Shown here piece after piece: positions 57,497 through 64,000 of a DNA stretch of 64,000 bases. Below the pieces are notes generated by a model that was not told the DNA's origin, searched no databases, and saw only the letters and a list, made by a program, of their open reading frames with translations. The stretch comes from a virus (lineage: Duplodnaviria; Caudoviricetes), in the IMG/VR virus record IMGVR_UViG_3300026094_000002; one strand, 5' to 3'. Within the stretch, counting starts at the first letter, position 1. The number at the start of each line of letters is the position of its first letter. The position numbers were made by a program, and so were the translations under genes.

Positions 57497-58487
57497 TTGC
57501 TCCTTGATATGTTTTATTTAACCATTCTGAAAGTTGTGTAGCCATTTCTGATAATCTAATAAGTTCATGGCGACCACAAAACTTCATAAACCTTATGCCA
57601 ACCTGTGTTACATCTTTCTTGGATACTTGTTCGCTGATTGCACTGTCAACCGCTTGTTTAATTTCATCAGGTTGTGCCCGTAAATCAATTAAAGTACGGT
57701 TTCTCTCGTAATCATCTAACACCCTGTGTTCCACGCCTTCGTGGTCAGTCCAGCGTTGTAACATCAAGTTGTTCCAAGAAAACCCTTTCGCCAGCCTGTC
57801 ATCAAATGCTTCAATTAAACCGGTTTTGTTTTTAGTTCCTTTTTTGCGGACTCCGGGATATGCAGAGAATACATTATCTGTTGCATCACCCCGCACACAC
57901 TTCTCAAACAGCAACCATTCTGGGTCAGGGACTTCCTTCGGCTCGCCGGTCTTCTTTTCTTTGACAGGATTATCCTTATCGTCAAGAATACCCTTGGTAG
58001 TAATTAGGTGTCCCATAACTCCATTATATTGCTGTACATTATTAGCAAGGAGTTGAACAAAGTCAGTATCGCTCGATATGATTATGTGTTGGTCATCGGG
58101 ATGTAAATCCACCCAACGTGCTATAATATCGTCGGCTTCAGCACGTTCATGCTTTATTACCGAACAGTTGGTCTGCTCCTTAAGGTACTTAGTGAGTTCT
58201 TCAAAGGTTTCCCAAAAAACTTTTTCTTCCTCTTGTTCTCGCTCACTCAATGCTGCTCGTGCATCAGTACGATTTCTCTTGTATCGTGGATAAACATCTT
58301 TACGCCAACTGCGTCCTTCTAAACAAAATACTACATGGTCTGCACCAAACTTTTTGTACATTCTGTTTATAGAACTAAGAGTGACGTGCATTGCATATCC
58401 AACTTTTTCATGTGTATCTGCCGCCCGAAATGCAGCGTGTCGTGCACGGAAAAATGTATTAGCCGTGTCTACCAATAGATAACGCAT
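57462..58487 (-). CDS. rnh: T4 RNase H-like 5'-3' exonuclease (FEN/PIN fold)
   Basis: LLVDTAN, SWRK..YP.YK.NR, EADDII, ISSDTDFVQL, RGDATDNV. Confidence 0.9.
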   Translation of the reverse strand: MRYLLVDTANTFFRARHAAFRAADTHEKVGYAMHVTLSSINRMYKKFGADHVVFCLEGRSWRKDVYPRYKRNRTDARAALSEREQEEEKVFWETFEELTKYLKEQTNCSVIKHERAEADDIIARWVDLHPDDQHIIISSDTDFVQLLANNVQQYNGVMGHLITTKGILDDKDNPVKEKKTGEPKEVPDPEWLLFEKCVRGDATDNVFSAYPGVRKKGTKNKTGLIEAFDDRLAKGFSWNNLMLQRWTDHEGVEHRVLDDYERNRTLIDLRAQPDEIKQAVDSAISEQVSKKDVTQVGIRFMKFCGRHELIRLSEMATQLSEWLNKTYQGAIDDKSNTSHIR

Positions 58488-58494
58488 AGATTGC

Positions 58495-59202
58495 CTATAA
58501 TATGCCGTTGTTTAAAATATATTGTAACATATAACGAGACCAAAAACTATGGGCATCTCTACCAAAATGCCAAGAATCTGGGGATACTGTTTTGAACCCA
58601 GATTCTTTTAGTATTGCGTGAAATGTTTTATCAGAATCATAGGGACCAATATAATTAACGCCCCAATCTTGAATATTATTAATTGTTCTAAAGCATATAT
58701 TTCCATTGAAAAATATATGTTTTATATTTTTCTCTAATAACTCACGATGAAAATCCCAAATATCTTTATGTACATGCATGGTCTTTCGTGGCAAATTCAA
58801 TGTAGATATAAATTCTTTATATTTTTCTTGGTGTGATTCTGGGAGGTTGTCTTTGCCAGATGCGTTAATTTGATAATATTCGTCGTCTATTACCCATTCT
58901 TCTCTTTCCCAAGTGGACCACTGAATAATGACTAATAGTTCGTCATTGAATTTTGGATATGTTTCTTCAATCCACTTTCTTGATGTTCGCAGTATTCTTT
59001 CATTAGAACTTGCACTCTCAGCACCACAATGAAACCCTGCATGGAGAGAATCTGCTAATAGTTTCCCCCAACTAACTTTTAAATTATCAGGGTGTGGTGC
59101 TCTGCCTTTGTAGAAGTATTTCCCATCGTCTTCGGCAAACGCATGTGGATTAACGGCTTCTGCTGCAGCAGTGTGGCTATCACCATTTACATAAAGTATC
59201 AC
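58495..59202 (-). CDS. SGNH-hydrolase-like protein
   Basis: VNGDSH, ASSNERI, IIQWS, WHFG..AH. Confidence 0.55.
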   Translation of the reverse strand: MILYVNGDSHTAAAEAVNPHAFAEDDGKYFYKGRAPHPDNLKVSWGKLLADSLHAGFHCGAESASSNERILRTSRKWIEETYPKFNDELLVIIQWSTWEREEWVIDDEYYQINASGKDNLPESHQEKYKEFISTLNLPRKTMHVHKDIWDFHRELLEKNIKHIFFNGNICFRTINNIQDWGVNYIGPYDSDKTFHAILKESGFKTVSPDSWHFGRDAHSFWSRYMLQYILNNGIL

Positions 59203-59570
59203 GAAATTTCTTTCCTGCCATTCCCTAAATCGCGGGTATGTACATAGGTTTCATGGTTCATAGCATCATATTGATCATATGTTTCCATAACAACATGGCG
59301 ACACACGGTTTGAAACCATTGATCTACTACATCTGCATCAGTTTCACCTTGATAGCCAGCCCTAATTAAATTAGATACGAACTTTTCGTTCCAATCAAGT
59401 TCAAAAGAGCCTTGGTGTAGATTCTCTGGGTCTACTTCCATTCCCAAGATTGCGACATAAGGTTCACCCTTTTTCTCTGCAATTTCTTTTTCACTCTTTT
59501 TTGGTTTAGAAGGCGTAGGAGATGGTTGTGTTTTTGGTTTCTGGAATCGTTTTTTAATATTTTCAAACAT
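59199..59570 (-). CDS. Hypothetical protein (123 aa)
   Basis: ORF preceded by a sigma70-like promoter. Confidence 0.65.
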   Translation of the reverse strand: MFENIKKRFQKPKTQPSPTPSKPKKSEKEIAEKKGEPYVAILGMEVDPENLHQGSFELDWNEKFVSNLIRAGYQGETDADVVDQWFQTVCRHVVMETYDQYDAMNHETYVHTRDLGNGRKEIS

Positions 59571-59595
59571 ATTTGACCTTGGAATTCATACTAGT

Positions 59596-59625
59596 ATTAT
59601 AACACACTATTCTACTTTTAATCAA
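59596..59625 (-). promoter_or_regulatory. Sigma70-like promoter TTGATT-N18-TATAAT
   Basis: Same architecture as 48498..48527, including the TG extension. Confidence 0.6.
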
Positions 59626-59986
59626 GAAAAAAATTATCTAAACGTGGTGGCTTGAATGTATCTGGCTTAATTACTTTGCCATCCGCTCTTTTTAAAACCT
59701 TTCCTGTTTCTGCGTCAATTTTACTCATGTTAGAAGAAATAACTTCCTTCCATGCATTTTCATCATCTACTCCAAGAGAATGTAATGCACCAAGAGTGAC
59801 GACCATAATGTCAAGTAATGCATCAAGTTTTTCTACTCTGTCATCGGCATCAATTGCTTCGTCAAGTTCTGCTACTTCTTCCTTAATTAGGTTTCTGTAT
59901 AAATCAAATTGTTCTGGATTGTGTGTGCCAACTGTTTGGTCACATGCTTCCATGAATATTTTCTGATCTTTAAATGGGTTTGTCAT
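59618..59986 (-). CDS. MazG-like / PRA-PH family nucleotide pyrophosphohydrolase
   Basis: LIKEEVAEL..DALLDIMVV..VISSNMSK..RADGKVIKP. Confidence 0.85.
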   Translation of the reverse strand: MTNPFKDQKIFMEACDQTVGTHNPEQFDLYRNLIKEEVAELDEAIDADDRVEKLDALLDIMVVTLGALHSLGVDDENAWKEVISSNMSKIDAETGKVLKRADGKVIKPDTFKPPRLDNFFLD

Positions 59987-60006
59987 ATTTTATTTCCTCT
60001 CTTTAA

Positions 60007-60012
60007 TAAATA
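60007..60012 (+). promoter_or_regulatory. TAAATA late-promoter motif (example; others at +16867, +17599, +17624, +54953, -47199, -48898, -50464, -50767, -54135, -54918, -55318, -56079, -56806)
   Basis: Core of the T4 late promoter TATAAATA, repeatedly found just upstream of starts. Confidence 0.6.
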
Positions 60013-60017
60013 TCACT

Positions 60018-60563
60018 ATGATTGATGATATTAAAAATTTCTTAAACATTGTTGAAGCGGCTGGTGTTCCCGGCGTTAAACAATATGATCGTGATGAAAC
60101 AAAGATCACTGCTCAAATTGACAGCAAACTTGGACCAAAGTTTGACCGACTTGTAGATGATCTGCAAAAAGTTGATAATTTAAAAGCCCAACTAAAACAG
60201 ATGCAAGATACCACAAAAACACAGACACGGCAAGATGTTGCATTTTTATTTGATGTTGAAGATGCAGTATTCACTCGCGTCATTGAAACAAAGAATGTTA
60301 TTTTAGAAATATCTAAAGATCCCAAGCCAACAGAATCACCACAATATAAAAAGATTCTTGAAGCATTAGAAAAACATTTAACACCTGATCTCGTTGAAGT
60401 TCTTGAAAAATTAAAAGAAGAACATAAAACCGTTACTCAAAAAGATCCAGCAGTCAAATATAAATTTAAAGAAGATGCGTCAGATGAATTAGATTTAGAT
60501 CCAGTCAAACAGTGGCTTGACACATACGACCGCAAACTTGATTTAGTTAAACAATATCTTTAA
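60018..60563 (+). CDS. Coiled-coil hypothetical protein (181 aa), lone + strand gene in this block
   Basis: ATG 5 nt after TAAATA, no SD. Confidence 0.7.
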   Translation: MIDDIKNFLNIVEAAGVPGVKQYDRDETKITAQIDSKLGPKFDRLVDDLQKVDNLKAQLKQMQDTTKTQTRQDVAFLFDVEDAVFTRVIETKNVILEISKDPKPTESPQYKKILEALEKHLTPDLVEVLEKLKEEHKTVTQKDPAVKYKFKEDASDELDLDPVKQWLDTYDRKLDLVKQYL

Positions 60564-61339
60564 TCCAACCCTAATAGTTCTTTATATGTAGGCAACCAAT
60601 ATTCTGCCGCCGCTTCGTGTGCATCGTCAAGCGGATGCCATCCCGGTTCTGTAACTTTAAAGTTGTTCTTTCTGCTCCAATCTAAAAAATTTAAATCATT
60701 AAATGAACTCATATGTGGTAGTATAAATTTTTGTAGTTCTTGGATATACCCATCACAAAACCATTTAGTCTCAAATATTTCATTATCCATGTTGGTTTGA
60801 ACAAATTTTATACCTTTATTCAATAAAAATGTTGTAGCACAGTATATTGATTGTAAAGAATTAAACTTATTCATCATTTCATTATCACTAATATATTCAA
60901 TATACATGCTTTCTAATTGTTTTTGGTAGTCTATACTAATTTTTGATTTTTTATTCAATGTTTCTTTAAGTTGTCTTGAAAAATCATTGTTTTTAAGATC
61001 AATATTTTCTATTTCCTGTAAATCTCCAAACGGAGAGTTTTTAACTGATGGACCAAAATTAATCCATGTGTTCCAATTGCTTTGATTGACAAAATAACTC
61101 CATCTATGAGACCATGTCCAGTTTATTATTGCTAAATCATTTGAGTTGTTATTGTCTGAATAATAATCCAAAATTCTTCTACAAATAGATGAATTGCTTG
61201 CTCCCGGTGAGGCTTTACATTCAAAATCTACATTTAGTTTTTTGGCTGCTACACTTGGCCAACCCGCAGAGCCGTCATAATTTTCTGGAATTTCATATCC
61301 AAATATAAAACTATCACCGAAACTTACTATTTTAGACAT
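60560..61339 (-). CDS. SGNH-hydrolase-like protein 2
   Basis: SFGDSFIFG, PGASN, IINWT, WHPLDDAH. Confidence 0.6.
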   Translation of the reverse strand: MSKIVSFGDSFIFGYEIPENYDGSAGWPSVAAKKLNVDFECKASPGASNSSICRRILDYYSDNNNSNDLAIINWTWSHRWSYFVNQSNWNTWINFGPSVKNSPFGDLQEIENIDLKNNDFSRQLKETLNKKSKISIDYQKQLESMYIEYISDNEMMNKFNSLQSIYCATTFLLNKGIKFVQTNMDNEIFETKWFCDGYIQELQKFILPHMSSFNDLNFLDWSRKNNFKVTEPGWHPLDDAHEAAAEYWLPTYKELLGLD

Positions 61340-61345
61340 ACAAAC

Positions 61346-62194
61346 TTATTTCTTTTGGTCGTGCTTTTTTAAATCAACCAAATGCATTTGATTGTTTATA
61401 TCAGCCGCCATTATATCTTTCCACGGATCTCTTTCACCAGTCAAATAATCTATCCATGGTTTAACAGATTCGCCTTGTATTTTTAAAAACCATGCGATCC
61501 GATCTGCCATTTGGTATCGTTTTGCTCTTGCATCTTTATGTGCAATATCACCGGGTTGCGTAGGATTGCCTTCTAACAATCGCCTTGACTCAAATGTTTC
61601 GTCATGGTTATTACCAGTTAAATCAAATCTATCGTGTTCGACCCACACATCAATTCTTTCAAATATTCCCAATAGATACGCAATTTGTGATATCTCTGCA
61701 TCATTTAGGGGATGACTGCTCAAATATCCCAATAATTTAAACCACTCAACTGGAACGATTGGAAAAATACTGTATGGGTGTTCATTGTGAGTATGAACTG
61801 CTAATACGCGAAAATGCCCATCCCATTTAGAAAACTCTATATCCCAATCTTGTGTTTGCATTTCAGCGTCGTCATTCCAAAAGAACAACCATCGACCTCG
61901 GGCATGTCCTGCTAAGTGATTCACATACTGATTTAATCTTGAGTATCCCAGTGGGGGGAACTTTAATGCCTTGTAAGAAACCCTGTGTCCATCTAATTTA
62001 GGGATAATATTCTCGGCAAAGTATTCATAACTTTCAGTATCATCATTATCAAATGCAAGGAGTATTTCTATTTCAGAAGTGTCAGATACAGTTGTTATGA
62101 GACTATTAAGACTTTTTAGTAGTTGTTCAGTTCTACCACGCGTGGGCAACAAGACTGAAATTTTTAGTATTGAGTCAGATGATATTAGTTGCAT
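61346..62194 (-). CDS. GT2-like glycosyltransferase
   Basis: ISVLLPTRGR, LLAFDNDD, FFWNDDA. Confidence 0.75.
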   Translation of the reverse strand: MQLISSDSILKISVLLPTRGRTEQLLKSLNSLITTVSDTSEIEILLAFDNDDTESYEYFAENIIPKLDGHRVSYKALKFPPLGYSRLNQYVNHLAGHARGRWLFFWNDDAEMQTQDWDIEFSKWDGHFRVLAVHTHNEHPYSIFPIVPVEWFKLLGYLSSHPLNDAEISQIAYLLGIFERIDVWVEHDRFDLTGNNHDETFESRRLLEGNPTQPGDIAHKDARAKRYQMADRIAWFLKIQGESVKPWIDYLTGERDPWKDIMAADINNQMHLVDLKKHDQKK

Positions 62195-62203
62195 AAAACA
62201 TAC

Positions 62204-63286
62204 TTACCAAGATCCGTTATGGTTTCTGAAATAATTTAAAATGCTACCAGTGCGTGATCGAAAAAGATTTTCTGCTTTTTCAGAATTTAAGTTTTTTCTG
62301 GATAGAGTTCTTATTGATTCTGTATCAAATAGGTGTTCTCTATTTTTCAATAATCTACGCTGAATTTCTGGAGTTTGAATTAAATTTGTAGCAGCAGAAA
62401 ATACTTCTTTATTAAACTCCATCATATCAATAACACGCTTTGTCGGATCTTTTTCATACTGATATTCTGTGTTAATAAAGTCCTCAAATGTATCAAAGCC
62501 TATTGCGTTTAATTTATCATAAATCTTGTATCCAGTAACAATTGGTATTGTTAATCCGATTACCGCGTTAATATACTTTTCTGTGATAGCACACGCATTA
62601 ATCCAAAAATCTGGTTCTGTAACAATGCTGATAGCAGTCTTTGAGAATACTTCTGGATATAAACTTTCGTTGAATATCTCTACATTATCTTTGTACTGAT
62701 ATTTTGATGCGTCTTCATTTCTAAAAGAAAACCAATTTGGTGATAGTTGATTAAAAACTTTATTGGGATCTGAAGAATAATGTTTATGAAATAGTTGTTC
62801 TGCATACCGTTGTCTTCTTGTGTTACTTTTGTTCCATGATTGACTATAAATTAAATCTTTCTGCCAATCGTAGTTTTTAAAAATCCAGTTGCTAACTAAT
62901 ACTCTATGAATTCTCTCTTTGTTTAAAAGACAATTTAATGGAACGGTTTTTCTTTCCCAGTTGGGTTCAAATGCGGTTGGATCAATTCTATCTCTATATT
63001 GACTAATACAACCAATAAAGAACCCCGGATAAAAAAATCCATTGTCTTCGTAATCTTCAAACCCCAAATAATAGTCAAATACAAATAATTTTTCTTGAGT
63101 ATTATAATCCAAAAAATATTTGATAGTGTCTCCACTGCCGATATTAGTAAAAGAAACATAATCCTCAATATCTGGAATATGATCTTTGACCAAATAAACA
63201 GTATCTTCTTTGGATAACTCTTCTTTCTTTGTATTAGATAAAATTACCGAGGGATTAAACATATCGTTATTAAAAATCCCAATCAA
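62204..63286 (-). CDS. GT10-like 'TEK' glycosyltransferase paralog 5 (divergent)
   Basis: SIVTEP..AITEKYINAV..IPIV..IGFDTF. Confidence 0.5.
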   Translation of the reverse strand: MIGIFNNDMFNPSVILSNTKKEELSKEDTVYLVKDHIPDIEDYVSFTNIGSGDTIKYFLDYNTQEKLFVFDYYLGFEDYEDNGFFYPGFFIGCISQYRDRIDPTAFEPNWERKTVPLNCLLNKERIHRVLVSNWIFKNYDWQKDLIYSQSWNKSNTRRQRYAEQLFHKHYSSDPNKVFNQLSPNWFSFRNEDASKYQYKDNVEIFNESLYPEVFSKTAISIVTEPDFWINACAITEKYINAVIGLTIPIVTGYKIYDKLNAIGFDTFEDFINTEYQYEKDPTKRVIDMMEFNKEVFSAATNLIQTPEIQRRLLKNREHLFDTESIRTLSRKNLNSEKAENLFRSRTGSILNYFRNHNGSW

Positions 63287-63998
63287 TATTCACAGAAACA
63301 CTGTTTTTGTTATTTTGTCTAATAATTCCACTGGTTGAAACATTTAGATTTTCTGTCAAGTCATTTTCTAAATGCAACCTCACATAAACATTTTCTTCAT
63401 TAATTAAAGAAACTTCGTCGTCAATAAATTTTAAATCACCATTTTCATTCACTGAACCCGGCATTGAAATAGTGGCAGACCCGGAGATAACATATGGATC
63501 AACCCCACCATATACTCCAAAGTTGTTGCTCTTATCTTGCCATCCAATATCGCCCCATACTGAATAAATGTCGCTGACCCCATTGATCAAACCGGGAGTT
63601 ATTTCAGTTTGTGTGTGCATTAGTCCAGTATTCACTACCCACTGATCTTTTTTAAAAGTCACAATTCCTTCTATTATTTCTGAACTTTCAACCTCCCCCC
63701 ACATACCAGACATCCCAACCCAAGGGCTAAAGTCAATATCAGAAAATGTAGCACTAAGGTAAAGGTTCTCTCTAATCTTTACATGAGGCAGAGAAAGGCT
63801 GTAATTACTCAAATCTGAATCAGAGTGATACAGTGTTGTTCCTTTAAAAGAAAAGGTATCACCATCCACTAAATTAGCAGACCGATTGCTATAATTAAAT
63901 GTAGAAGGATCTGTAATATCAGCATATGAATGCCATCCTGTTACTGTATCCCCAACAGACTCACTTAAATCAACCGAAAATGTCCGATTAAAATCATC
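63270..63998 (-). CDS. C-terminal part of a putative outer-membrane beta-barrel protein, 5'-truncated by the window edge
   Basis: Frame stays open from the window end (DDFNRTFSVDLS...), beyond the GTG used by the ORF track; amphipathic beta strands; ends SVSVNIDWDF with terminal Phe. Confidence 0.55.
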   Translation of the reverse strand, partial: DDFNRTFSVDLSESVGDTVTGWHSYADITDPSTFNYSNRSANLVDGDTFSFKGTTLYHSDSDLSNYSLSLPHVKIRENLYLSATFSDIDFSPWVGMSGMWGEVESSEIIEGIVTFKKDQWVVNTGLMHTQTEITPGLINGVSDIYSVWGDIGWQDKSNNFGVYGGVDPYVISGSATISMPGSVNENGDLKFIDDEVSLINEENVYVRLHLENDLTENLNVSTSGIIRQNNKNSVSVNIDWDF

Positions 63999-64000
63999 AG

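Overview
64 kb segment of a large AT-rich tailed dsDNA phage (jumbo-myovirus-like; family assignment is inference). + strand, 1-20.1 kb: virion genes (T4 gp6-like baseplate wedge, a 4662-aa structural protein, tail fibre with a chaperone domain). Directly after, ~20-45 kb: a glycan/radical-chemistry locus with seven radical SAM enzymes (one fused to an SDR), about eight glycosyltransferase-like ORFs, a carbamoyltransferase, an acetyltransferase, a DegT aminotransferase and an NDP-sugar epimerase. Mostly - strand, 45-64 kb: ThyX, an AAA/VWA pair, an A-type Fe-S carrier, a D-amino acid dehydrogenase, a deaminase, a B12 radical SAM, a MetF-like protein, RNase H, a MazG-like protein and a second small glyco-locus. 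Elements missing from the ORF track: (1) a circularly permuted two-piece tmRNA of alphaproteobacterial type (tag ANDDFYSEDFALAA), (2) an unannotated three-hairpin RNA with repeated GGAGCGG/CCGCUCC loops, (3) a TAAATA late-promoter motif placed so that several mRNAs would be leaderless, (4) 54-bp direct repeats bracketing the B12 radical SAM gene, (5) several small ORFs. All calls come from manual motif reading; no database searches were run.
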